64,000 nt of DNA, taken from positions 2,912,001-2,976,000 of the forward strand of contig OZ271918.1 of the NCBI GenBank assembly GCA_965602015.1, read 5' to 3'. Origin of the DNA: Salinispira sp. (GTDB lineage: Bacteria > Spirochaetota > Spirochaetia > DSM-27196 > Salinispiraceae). The position numbers were made by a program, and so were the translations under genes. Of the stretch, positions 1-8,094 are shown one piece after another; position 1 is the first letter of the stretch; every line of letters starts with the position of its first letter. The notes under the pieces were generated by a model. That model was not told the origin of the DNA and searched no databases. It was given only the letters and a program-made list of their open reading frames with translations.

Positions 1-350
1 TGTTCATCTTTCCACTGACGAAGCTGATCAGCCCCGTGGAGTTCCCGGCCTTTCACCTTGATATCCAGGGGATCGACTCCCAGATAATGGGCTGAACGGC
101 TGAGGGCATGTGATGAAACGGGGTTTGTCATCAGGACAAAAATCCCCAGCAGCAGGAGCTTGGCCCAGGAAGCGGGCGCGACGAATATGAGTCCCAGCAC
201 CACCAGCATGGTGCCCAGGGTGGTGGCCTTGGTTCCCGCCTGCATGCGGCTATATACATCGGGCATACGAATAAGGCCGAGAGACGCCAGGAAAAGAAAC
301 AGCGAACCGATGAGGGCGATTGCCGCCCCGATAAATGCCAATCCTTCCAT
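1..350 (-). CDS. mnhG: Mrp/Mnh Na+/H+ antiporter subunit G (partial, runs off window start)
   Basis: Minus strand from ATG at 350 reads MEGLAFIGAAIALIGSLFLFLASLGLIRMPDVYSRMQAGTKATTLG, the MnhG motif; TAATG overlap with the mnhF stop; absent from the ORF track because it is truncated. Confidence 0.9.
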   Translation of the reverse strand, partial: MEGLAFIGAAIALIGSLFLFLASLGLIRMPDVYSRMQAGTKATTLGTMLVVLGLIFVAPASWAKLLLLGIFVLMTNPVSSHALSRSAHYLGVDPLDIKVKGRELHGADQLRQWKDE

Positions 351-619
351 TACAGTTCTCCTTCGCCGAATCGGGCCACTGCCACGACCCCGAGAAAACT
401 CAGGAGGCCATACACGAGTGCCACATCCAGATACAGCATTCTTCCGAGGAAGTGGGAAAGAATGGCTATTGCGGACAGCGACATGATGGTCATGGCGTCG
501 AAGGCCACCACCCGGTTTATGTATCCCGGTCCGATAAGAAAGCGCACGAAACTGATCAGCATGGACAGGAGTGTTATGGCCCCGGAAACATAGAGCAGGG
601 CCTGTGTTGCACTAGCCAA
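350..619 (-). CDS. mnhF: Mrp/Mnh antiporter subunit F
   Basis: RFLIGPGYINRVVAFD...YLDVALVYGLLSFLG motif; likely TTG start at 619 with GGAGG upstream. Confidence 0.9.
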   Translation of the reverse strand: MASATQALLYVSGAITLLSMLISFVRFLIGPGYINRVVAFDAMTIMSLSAIAILSHFLGRMLYLDVALVYGLLSFLGVVAVARFGEGEL

Positions 620-1124
620 AGATAACCTCCAGATATTTTTCGAAGCCGCCAACGATTTTCTCGCTGTTCTCATCAACGTCGCAGCATGTTCCATCGGCAT
701 CATCGATGCTCAACCAATGGATAAAGAGCTCGTCGCCGTGGATGTCCACGGTAATGGTTCCCGGCGTCAGGGTGATCGAGTTGGCCAGGATCAGTCGGCC
801 CAGAGGGGATTTGAGTCTCGTTTTGACCTTCACGATGCCCGGGTTGATGGGCAGACGGGGATGAAGCACCCGGAAGGCCACGTCGATATTCGACTTGATT
901 ACCGCCCACAAAAACACCAACAGGTAGATAAACGCATAGCCCAATCTTTTGGGCATAAGCGAGATGTCGCCGTACGCCGACATCGCCGGCAATGGCAGAA
1001 CGGCGATTAAAAGGGCTACCGCCGAGCCGAGTATCAGTTCCTGCAGGGAAAACGGAGCGGTAAGCAGGAGCCAGAGCCCCAGCAGTATGGCGAAAAGAAT
1101 TACGCTCATTCCCAGTCGCTTCAT
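612..1124 (-). CDS. mnhE: Mrp/Mnh antiporter subunit E
   Basis: INPGIVKVKT...LANSITLTPGTITVD...LFIHW MnhE signature. Confidence 0.93.
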   Translation of the reverse strand: MKRLGMSVILFAILLGLWLLLTAPFSLQELILGSAVALLIAVLPLPAMSAYGDISLMPKRLGYAFIYLLVFLWAVIKSNIDVAFRVLHPRLPINPGIVKVKTRLKSPLGRLILANSITLTPGTITVDIHGDELFIHWLSIDDADGTCCDVDENSEKIVGGFEKYLEVIFG

Positions 1125-1168
1125 GCAGCCTCCTCGATTTTTTTTTCTGATTTATTGAACGAATTATC

Positions 1169-1222
1169 TATAAACTTTTATAGTTTATAATTTATTAAAG
1201 TATTGAATTTAAAATCTGTCAA
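1169..1222 (-). promoter_or_regulatory. Putative promoter/operator of the first mrp operon
   Basis: TTGACA on the minus strand (1217-1222) in an AT-rich tract, and inverted repeat TATAAAC-N7-GTTTATA (1169-1189). Confidence 0.45.
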
Positions 1223-1312
1223 GATAATTAATGCAGGTTTATTATGAGTGTTTTTATCAGGTATTCGGTTGATGCCGGCACAGGGACGGTCCCCGTGATT
1301 CCGCGCAAGCGC

Positions 1313-1469
1313 TGACCGGCGCGGGTCTGCCCTGGCTTGCCGCGCCATGACCGGCGCGCACCTGCTTTGCTCCGCCTCGCCCCGCGTTCGCGGGCCTGGA
1401 CCGGTTTTCCGCGGCATGACCGACGCGGACCTGCCCTGGCTTGATGCGCCATGACCGGCGCGCACCTGC
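1313..1469. repeat. Imperfect ~53-bp direct repeat, 2 copies, each made of two TGACCGGCGCG..CTGC subunits
   Basis: Copies at ~1313-1365 and ~1417-1469, e.g. ctgccctggcttg..gcgccatgaccggcgcgcacctgc. Confidence 0.8.
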
Positions 1470-1486
1470 CGTGATAGGATCAGCCG

Positions 1487-2299
1487 ATGATACGATTGAT
1501 AGCCACCGATCTGGACGACACCTTGTTGAACAGCAATCTTGAAATACCGGCGGAAAACATTGCAGCTATCCGCCGCGCCGAGGCCCGGGGTACTAAGGTG
1601 GTGCTCGCATCCGGCCGGGCCCCGGCCGCCATGAAACGCTTCGCCGAGACCCTGCTATTGCATCAGCGGGACGGTTACCTCATAGCGGATAACGGCGCCA
1701 CCGTCCTGTCCACCAGGGACTGGCAGATCATCCGGCGCTTCACCCTGAGCGCCGATATCGCAGTCAGGGCATGGAAACTCGCCCAGCGTGAAGGCCTGCC
1801 CATGCAGTACTATGAGGACGGTGCAATCCGCTCATCTCCTGATATAAACGAATACTCCGAGCTGGATACCCGGCTCACCGGCATACCAATGAGTATCGCT
1901 CAAGACTTTGCATCCGATCTGAAAATACCCCGGAAAAAACTCGTCATCCCCGGTGACCCTGAGAAGCTGAAGCACATGGCAGCCCTGCTTACCCGGGAGT
2001 TCGGCGATGCGGCGAATGTGTTTATTTCGAAACCGTTTTTTCTCGAGATTCTCAATCCGCAGGCAGACAAGGGTCATGCCCTGGAATGGATTGCCGGCGA
2101 GACCGGGTTAGACTCCCGGGATGTTGTTGCCATCGGGGACTCAATGAACGACCTGGGCATGCTTACCTTCGCCGGCCACCCGGTGGCCATTGCCAACGCC
2201 AGGGAAGAAATCAAGCAGGCGGCGGAGTACATCACCACCCGGAATCACGATCAGGCCGGCGTGGCCGAGGCCATCGAGCGCTACCTTCCCGACGAATAG
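1487..2299 (+). CDS. Cof-type HAD-IIB hydrolase
   Basis: DLDDTLL motif I, ASGR motif II, KG...GDSMND motifs III/IV. Confidence 0.92.
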   Translation: MIRLIATDLDDTLLNSNLEIPAENIAAIRRAEARGTKVVLASGRAPAAMKRFAETLLLHQRDGYLIADNGATVLSTRDWQIIRRFTLSADIAVRAWKLAQREGLPMQYYEDGAIRSSPDINEYSELDTRLTGIPMSIAQDFASDLKIPRKKLVIPGDPEKLKHMAALLTREFGDAANVFISKPFFLEILNPQADKGHALEWIAGETGLDSRDVVAIGDSMNDLGMLTFAGHPVAIANAREEIKQAAEYITTRNHDQAGVAEAIERYLPDE

Positions 2300-2303
2300 T
2301 CTT

Positions 2304-4397
2304 TCAACCCATCATCCACCAGGCAAGTACCAGGGTGCCCATGGCGAACGAGAAAAAGAGCCCGTGGAAGGCCCTCTGACGCTCCCGTACCAGTTCGAGG
2401 CCGCGGCTAACCGGTGCGAGCCTGGTAGCCCCATAGAGCAGTATTCCGCCGGCCAGGATGATGAGGCTTGTCTGCAGGTTGTCCCTGCCGTAAAACCCCG
2501 GCAGCCTGGCCATGGCGCCGTCATACGACCTTCCGGCAGCTGCTCCTGAAGAGAGCATGATGTGGACCCAGCGGGTTATCCGCCCGCCGGCAAGTCCGGT
2601 ACCCAGCACCCCGGCCCCCAGCAGGATCTGAGCGATCCATACCGATGCAGGCATCAGCTCGGGCCGGGACGCCGCCCGGTAAGAATCCGCCGCCGGGTTT
2701 GCGTTCGCCGCCGGGTTTGCATTCGGCACCTGGTCGGAATCCGCCGGCCGGTTTGCGTTCGCCGCCGGGTTTGCGTTCGCCGCCCGGTCGGTATCCGCCG
2801 GCCGGTTTGCGTTCGCCGCCGGGTTTGCGTTCGCCGCCCGGTCAGAATCCGCCGGCCGGTTTGCGTTCGCCGCCCGGTTTGCGTTCGGCGCCCGGTCGGT
2901 ATCCGCCGGCCGGTTTGCGTTTGCTGCCCGGTCGGTATCCGCCGGCCGGTTTGCGTTCGGCACAGGCCCGAAAAATATTCGCGAGAGCTTGATAAATGAG
3001 GCGGTGGTTCCCAGAGCAGCGGCATAGAGGGCCGCATACATCCAGCTGCCCTTGAGGCCATAGCTGATGAGCTGTTTGCTGATGTATCCGTTGAAGGGCG
3101 GCAGCGCGGTAATGGCCAGGGCTGCCGCGGCGAAGCATATAAATGTTACGGGAACCCTTTCCCCGGCGGTTCGGAGCCTGGCGATGCCGCCCCTGAGCCG
3201 GTACACGTTCCGTTCGCCCGCCGCATCGCTGACGCTTCCGACCGTCAGAAAGAGCAGCCCCTTGAACATTGCGTGAAAAAAGGCGTGGAGAAAGGCGGCG
3301 GTCATCAACAGGGATCCCCCGGGGCTTGAGGGGCCCAGGGCCAGGGCGGTGCCCCAGGCCGCGACGATGTACCCGATCTGGCTGACGCTATGGTAGGCCA
3401 ACAGGCGCTTGGCGTCTTTCTGACTGAGGGCGACGATTACCGCCAGTACGGCCGTCAAGGCACCCGCCCAGCCCAGGAGCTGACCGGCCCGCTGGGCCAT
3501 ACCGATGAGCCCTCCAGCCCCGGCGGGCAACGCCGCCTGGGCCGCATCGGCGAAATATGCGCCGGCATCGGGGGCAACTGCAGCGCCGCCAAGAGCCCGA
3601 TTGGGAATCATGAGAATAACCCGTGTGAGGGCGAACAACGGCGTCTTGATCAGGACGCCGGAGAGTACCGCGGATATTCCGTGGGGAGCAAGGGCGTGGG
3701 CGTCGGGAAGCCAGCCGTACACCGGCATCACCGCTACCCGGATGGCGACGGCGCCGATAATCAGGGCGAACGACACCAATGCGCTTAAACCGCCGCCGTC
3801 CGAAAGCGCCGCAAGCCCCGCCCGGATACCCTCGTAGGAGAGGGATCCGGTCAGACGGTACAGGCCGTAGATCCCCAATAGAAAGAACACCATGGCGGTG
3901 GCGCTTACCATCAGGTAGCTGAACGCCGCCAGGAAGGCTCCGGGTTTTTCCGACGACGCCACCAGAACGTAACTGGCGATTCCCATAATCTCAAGGCAGA
4001 CGAAAAGGTTGAACAAATCGGCGGTCAGGCTGGTGGCCGCAAGGGCCGAGGTCTGGATAAGGAAGACCGAGGTAAATGCCGGACCCTTGGGTCCCTTGCC
4101 GAGGGTGTAGATATAGGCCGCTCCGGCTAAAAGATAGCCCAAAACATTGACCAGCCAGGCCAGGCCGTCGAAGCGGTAGGCAATTCCCACCCGGGAGGTC
4201 CACCCTCCGATGATGCCGTCATAGACTGCGCCTTGTATCATGGCTCCGGCGCTAAGTCCCAGAACTACCCATGGCAGCATCAGGCCGATGAACGTAGCGC
4301 TACCGATTATAACGGCGGCAGTCCGGCCTTTTGTCAGTTTTGAGAGAAGGGCAAGGGCTGCGCCGAGAAGCGGCAGTCCCACCAGGGCGAAGACCAT
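2304..4397 (-). CDS. mnhD: Mrp/Mnh subunit D (proton-translocating, complex I ND2/4/5-like) with hexapeptide-repeat insertion
   Basis: DLFNLFVCLEIM, WLPDAH, SAVLSGVLIK, KRLLAYHSVSQIGYI, HAMFKGLLFL, PPFNGYISK; likely start ATG 4397, immediately after the mnhC stop. Confidence 0.9.
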   Translation of the reverse strand: MVFALVGLPLLGAALALLSKLTKGRTAAVIIGSATFIGLMLPWVVLGLSAGAMIQGAVYDGIIGGWTSRVGIAYRFDGLAWLVNVLGYLLAGAAYIYTLGKGPKGPAFTSVFLIQTSALAATSLTADLFNLFVCLEIMGIASYVLVASSEKPGAFLAAFSYLMVSATAMVFFLLGIYGLYRLTGSLSYEGIRAGLAALSDGGGLSALVSFALIIGAVAIRVAVMPVYGWLPDAHALAPHGISAVLSGVLIKTPLFALTRVILMIPNRALGGAAVAPDAGAYFADAAQAALPAGAGGLIGMAQRAGQLLGWAGALTAVLAVIVALSQKDAKRLLAYHSVSQIGYIVAAWGTALALGPSSPGGSLLMTAAFLHAFFHAMFKGLLFLTVGSVSDAAGERNVYRLRGGIARLRTAGERVPVTFICFAAAALAITALPPFNGYISKQLISYGLKGSWMYAALYAAALGTTASFIKLSRIFFGPVPNANRPADTDRAANANRPADTDRAPNANRAANANRPADSDRAANANPAANANRPADTDRAANANPAANANRPADSDQVPNANPAANANPAADSYRAASRPELMPASVWIAQILLGAGVLGTGLAGGRITRWVHIMLSSGAAAGRSYDGAMARLPGFYGRDNLQTSLIILAGGILLYGATRLAPVSRGLELVRERQRAFHGLFFSFAMGTLVLAWWMMG
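2676..2963. repeat. In-frame minisatellite, 16 x 18 bp (AANANR/PADTDR-type hexapeptides)
   Basis: Units such as ggtttgcgttcgccgccg and ggtcggtatccgccggcc; the peptide parses into 16 six-residue units. Confidence 0.92.
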
Positions 4398-4398
4398 A

Positions 4399-4755
4399 TC
4401 AGAGGGACCCACGGGATTCCTCCTGGCGAAGCTGTCGGTATATCTCATCGATGTTAAAACTGCCGGTTTTGCGGTACAGCCGAAAGGCGAGGGCGAGGGC
4501 AAGGGCCGTTATGCATACGCCGATTACGATGGCGGTGAGCATCAGGGCCTGGGGCACCGGATCGACGATGAACCGCACCCCGTCGCTGAGTATCGGCGAA
4601 TCGCCACCGGCTTCAGCTCCTCCCAGCACGAAGAGGATAACCGCAGCAGTATTGAGGATGGTCAGCCCAAAAATCTTTTTTATGATATTGCGGTGGGCCA
4701 CCACTCCGGCGAATCCCAGGAGAAAAATCATTCCCAAGAGTATGCGCTCGATCAA
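4399..4755 (-). CDS. mnhC: Mrp/Mnh subunit C
   Basis: RNIIKKIFGL...DPVPQALMLTAIVIG; TTG start overlapping the mnhB TGA. Confidence 0.92.
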   Translation of the reverse strand: MIERILLGMIFLLGFAGVVAHRNIIKKIFGLTILNTAAVILFVLGGAEAGGDSPILSDGVRFIVDPVPQALMLTAIVIGVCITALALALAFRLYRKTGSFNIDEIYRQLRQEESRGSL

Positions 4756-5606
4756 TGATCCACCCTCCCGAGCATGGCGATGCACATAAAGCCGATGCCC
4801 GCGCCGACCTTAATGCCGATAACCGCGTTGAGCAGGATGATAAAAGCAACCGACGGGAGACCGGCCAGCTCGAGGACATTGGCGAAAAAGCCCCCGCCGG
4901 TGACGATTCCCGCCAAGCCCGCCAACACCAAAAGCAGGAATCCCGCGCCTTCCAGGGCGGCCAGAACCGTCGGCTCCGTCAGCCGGGTGGAAGCGCCTTT
5001 GCGGCCCCCCAGGGCCAAAAACACGATACCCGAGGCAATGACCACGCCGCCCTGAAATCCGCCGCCCGGCGAAAGATGACCATAGAGCATCACGTAGATG
5101 CCGAAAACCAGTACCACGGGACCAAGCTTGCCGGTCACCACTTCGAGCAGGACGGTGCGCAGCCGGCGATGTACCGGTTGAATTTTAGGTTTTGCGTCCG
5201 CTTCTGGGAACGACGGCGCCCGGCTGCCCATGCCGACCGATATCCCCGTGGCCTTCGATTCTTCTGCGCCAGAATGGTTACGGCCGGCAGCACTGCCTTG
5301 AGCGTCCAGATTTTCGTATCCCCGGGCCAGCGCTGCTCCGGCCTGGGCGATGATGCCGATGGTCCCGCTCACCGCAACCAACAGGACTATGGTTTCACCC
5401 AGGGTGTCGAACACCCGGTAGCCAAGATAAATGGCGCTGACGGTATTCCTGGCGCCGGTATCCTCTATTGCCGACTCCTGGAGATAGTCGGCGGCTATGC
5501 GGGGCCAGGGAGAGGATTCGAGAATCAAGGGCAGAAGAAGAAGGGCGCCCGCCGCCAGGGTGAGGGCAAGGTACAATGCCGAAGCGATTCGTCTGATTCG
5601 ATTCAA
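4752..5606 (-). CDS. mnhB: Mrp/Mnh subunit B (MbhE+MnhB-type)
   Basis: NTVSAIYLGYRVFDTLGE and GHLSPGGGFQGG motifs. Confidence 0.9.
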   Translation of the reverse strand: MNRIRRIASALYLALTLAAGALLLLPLILESSPWPRIAADYLQESAIEDTGARNTVSAIYLGYRVFDTLGETIVLLVAVSGTIGIIAQAGAALARGYENLDAQGSAAGRNHSGAEESKATGISVGMGSRAPSFPEADAKPKIQPVHRRLRTVLLEVVTGKLGPVVLVFGIYVMLYGHLSPGGGFQGGVVIASGIVFLALGGRKGASTRLTEPTVLAALEGAGFLLLVLAGLAGIVTGGGFFANVLELAGLPSVAFIILLNAVIGIKVGAGIGFMCIAMLGRVDH

Positions 5607-5833
5607 TTTCCGCCCCTCTCAGTAGACTTAATGGCCCAGACGAAGATAACCGTGGAAACTCCCGCCCCCACCGCCGCCTCGGTAATGGCAACATCCGGCG
5701 CCTGAAGATAGAAAAACAAGAGGGCGGAGATGAGGCTGATTCCCGAAAGGGCGATTACTCCATGCAGCAGATCGCCGCTGAACAGGGCGTATGCGGCCAT
5801 GGCAAAAATGAGCAGAAGCAGAGCAATAACCAT
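5603..5833 (-). CDS. DUF4040 / MbhD-like small Mrp subunit
   Basis: LQAPDVAITEAAVGAG motif; ATG 5833 overlaps the mnhG stop (TGATG). Confidence 0.88.
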   Translation of the reverse strand: MVIALLLLIFAMAAYALFSGDLLHGVIALSGISLISALLFFYLQAPDVAITEAAVGAGVSTVIFVWAIKSTERGGN

Positions 5834-6270
5834 CAGGCTTCTCCGTCCGTCCGCGCGCCGGGGCCCCGGCGGCGCCTCCGTTTTGGCGGCGCTCCACCCC
5901 TCCGGTCGCCGCTTCGGAGTACACCTCGGGGTCGCCAGGGCTGTATTCCCGAGTTCCAGGTGAAGCGGGCCACAATATGACCGCCGGTGGGCGAGGACAA
6001 CAGAAAGAACACGATAATAATAAAAATTCTCAGAGCCATCGCCACAGTCGGAGCCATCAGCAGCCCCGCAATAAAAAACGACATCGCGCCGGTGGTTCCC
6101 GCCAGCGAACCGGCCTGAAGCCGGGAGTATGGATCGGGGAAGCGGAACAGGCCTATCAGACCGCCTATGGTAAAAATCACTCCGGCAGCCAGAAAGCCCG
6201 CTGCAAGCCACTCGGCGGCGAGGCTCAGGATATCCCCCAGGCTTCGAGCGGATTCAAGGGCATTAGTCAT
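5833..6270 (-). CDS. mnhG: Mrp/Mnh subunit G
   Basis: GLFRFPDPYSRLQAGS...SPTGGHIVAR; GAGGAGG RBS before ATG 6270. Confidence 0.88.
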   Translation of the reverse strand: MTNALESARSLGDILSLAAEWLAAGFLAAGVIFTIGGLIGLFRFPDPYSRLQAGSLAGTTGAMSFFIAGLLMAPTVAMALRIFIIIVFFLLSSPTGGHIVARFTWNSGIQPWRPRGVLRSGDRRGGAPPKRRRRRGPGARTDGEA

Positions 6271-6553
6271 CGGCATCCTCCTCTTCCCCCATCCGGTCGC
6301 GCAGGAACCGGGCAATGGCCAGAAAGCCGAGAAAACCGAAAATGTCGTAGACCAGGGCAACATCGAGATAGAGCACCCGCGCCTCGCTTACTCCGCGAAT
6401 TACCAGAAAGGCCAACGCAAGGCCCGACAGGACATTGAGGGCCACCAATCGGTCGGCCGAGCTCGGACCGATGATCAAACGGATAATGCTTACGGCCCCC
6501 GCTGCGGCGATAAACCACTGGACCCACTCCAACAGCTGCCCGGTCATTGCCAT
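6263..6553 (-). CDS. mnhF: Mrp/Mnh subunit F
   Basis: RLIIGPSSADRLVALN...YLDVALVY. Confidence 0.9.
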   Translation of the reverse strand: MAMTGQLLEWVQWFIAAAGAVSIIRLIIGPSSADRLVALNVLSGLALAFLVIRGVSEARVLYLDVALVYDIFGFLGFLAIARFLRDRMGEEEDADD

Positions 6554-7056
6554 ACCTTCCGAAGCAGTTTCTCCATCGGACCCTTTACGGCCTCTCCGGC
6601 GGCCCGGGAGTTTGCAGTGTCGCAGAAAAACCAGTGGACAATCAGGTGGTCGTCGTTGAGGTCGAGGGTGATGGTTCCCGGGGTGAAGGTGATCGAATTG
6701 GACAGTACCATCCTGCCCAGGTCGGACTTCATGCGGGTGCGGAAATGAACGATTCGGGGATTTACCCTGCCGCTGAAAACCGCCAGAAGCATAATAAAGG
6801 AGGAGCGGTACATCGCCCCCATCAGGTAGAAAATATAGATAATGAGGAAAAAGGGCCGGGGCATAAATGAATTAAGCGAAGCCTCATGGGGCGCGATAAA
6901 CTCATCATAGGTCAGGGCAGCAATAAGAACTGCGCCGAGAGCCCCGCTGACAAGCGAAAAGGGATTAAAGCTCGCGGTAAACACCAGCCATACGGAGAAC
7001 AGGGCTCCGGCGGTCAACAGGAATCGGATGAGCCGCCACATTTGACGGGACTGCAT
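6544..7056 (-). CDS. mnhE: Mrp/Mnh subunit E
   Basis: NPRIVHFRT...SNSITFTPGTITLD...LIVHW. Confidence 0.92.
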   Translation of the reverse strand: MQSRQMWRLIRFLLTAGALFSVWLVFTASFNPFSLVSGALGAVLIAALTYDEFIAPHEASLNSFMPRPFFLIIYIFYLMGAMYRSSFIMLLAVFSGRVNPRIVHFRTRMKSDLGRMVLSNSITFTPGTITLDLNDDHLIVHWFFCDTANSRAAGEAVKGPMEKLLRKVWQ

Positions 7057-7058
7057 TG

Positions 7059-7517
7059 CTACTCATCTCCGCCGCAGAGCGCGGAATAGAAATCCTCGGG
7101 ACTGCCGGCCTCCAGAAGGGCGGCGCGGGTATTTCCGTCGTGAAGCAGCCGGGCGAGTTTGGAAAGCACCTTCAAATGCAGGCCGGTGTTCTGCTTGGGC
7201 CCCACCATGAGGAAGACCAGGGTAACCTCGGAGCCGTCCTCCGCAGCGAAATCCAGTCCGCCTGAAAACCGTCCGGCGGATATTATGGTTTCCTTCACGC
7301 CGTCCGAATGGGCATGGGGCACCGCGCAGCCCGAACCGAGGGCCGTCGATGAGAGCTTCTCCCGGGCGATTACATCGGAAAAAAGTACTTCGCTGTCGGT
7401 AACCGTTCCGCTCAATTCGAGGGCGGCGACCAGCTGCCTGAGGCAATCCTCCTTGTTTTCCGCAGCAGCGTCGAGTTTAATCCGCTCCGGTTGAATCATT
7501 CTGCACATCGCACCCAT
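7059..7517 (-). CDS. PTS EIIA (Ntr/fructose-mannitol type) domain protein
   Basis: REKLSSTALGSGCAVPHA with phospho-acceptor His; HLKVLSKLARLL. Confidence 0.88.
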   Translation of the reverse strand: MGAMCRMIQPERIKLDAAAENKEDCLRQLVAALELSGTVTDSEVLFSDVIAREKLSSTALGSGCAVPHAHSDGVKETIISAGRFSGGLDFAAEDGSEVTLVFLMVGPKQNTGLHLKVLSKLARLLHDGNTRAALLEAGSPEDFYSALCGGDE

Positions 7518-7519
7518 GG

Positions 7520-7867
7520 CTACACCTCTTCATCTTCGGGAACCAGTCCCGCTGCCCAGTCTACAGGAACGGTAAACATTATGCCGGTACCCGGATTCTC
7601 AATTCCTCCGACCACCCGGTCTACCAGTTCCTTTACGCGGCTGACGACTGAATCGTTTTTAATAACGGAAATTATCGTTTTGTTATACGGCTTATTGCCC
7701 TTCATAAATTCCTTGAAGCTGGCGAACAGGGGAACCTCGTATGCCAGAAATCGCCCCATACCTTCGGAATCCAGGAGGGTCGCCCCGGCCACCCCGGCTT
7801 CCACATAGGCCTCGAGCACATCTTCGAGAAATTCTTCCTTGTTCAAAACGAAAACCAGCAGCTTCAT
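7520..7867 (-). CDS. PII-like (GlnB-fold) signal protein
   Basis: 115 aa; GVAGATLLDSEGMG...GGIENPGTGIMFTVPV PII-like pattern, non-canonical T-loop. Confidence 0.8.
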   Translation of the reverse strand: MKLLVFVLNKEEFLEDVLEAYVEAGVAGATLLDSEGMGRFLAYEVPLFASFKEFMKGNKPYNKTIISVIKNDSVVSRVKELVDRVVGGIENPGTGIMFTVPVDWAAGLVPEDEEV

Positions 7868-7884
7868 GAAACTCTCCGGTCAAC

Positions 7885-7913
7885 ATGGTAGGTTCGCTCG
7901 GTTCCGTTGTCAA
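7885..7913 (-). promoter_or_regulatory. sigma70-type promoter for the PII-PTS-mrp operon
   Basis: TTGACA-17 bp-TACCAT on the minus strand. Confidence 0.6.
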
Positions 7914-7948
7914 GATTGGGGATTACCTCAAAAAATACCGGACAGGCC

Positions 7949-7976
7949 TTGCAATCCATCTTTTGAGTGATACAAT
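7949..7976 (+). promoter_or_regulatory. sigma70-type promoter for the 822-aa lipoprotein
   Basis: TTGCAA-16 bp-TACAAT with extended TG. Confidence 0.5.
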
Positions 7977-8094
7977 TAGTATTGTTAATTCTGTTTAACG
8001 GATAATTAATATTAACTTATCGGATCCCTCGAGGGTTCTGCTTCCCTGTGTCCCGCACCGCATTGTTTACCGAGAGGTATCCCGGGGAGGCAAC

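Noticed and set aside
2562..3138. Several overlapping ORFs with repetitive peptides (RRPVCV, PPGLRS, TGRRTQ)
   Set aside because: Shadow frames of the stop-free 18-bp minisatellite inside mnhD
2304..7056. Membrane-bound hydrogenase (Mbh/Ech) complex
   Set aside because: No NiFe large/small subunit, NuoH-like or ferredoxin genes follow mnhD
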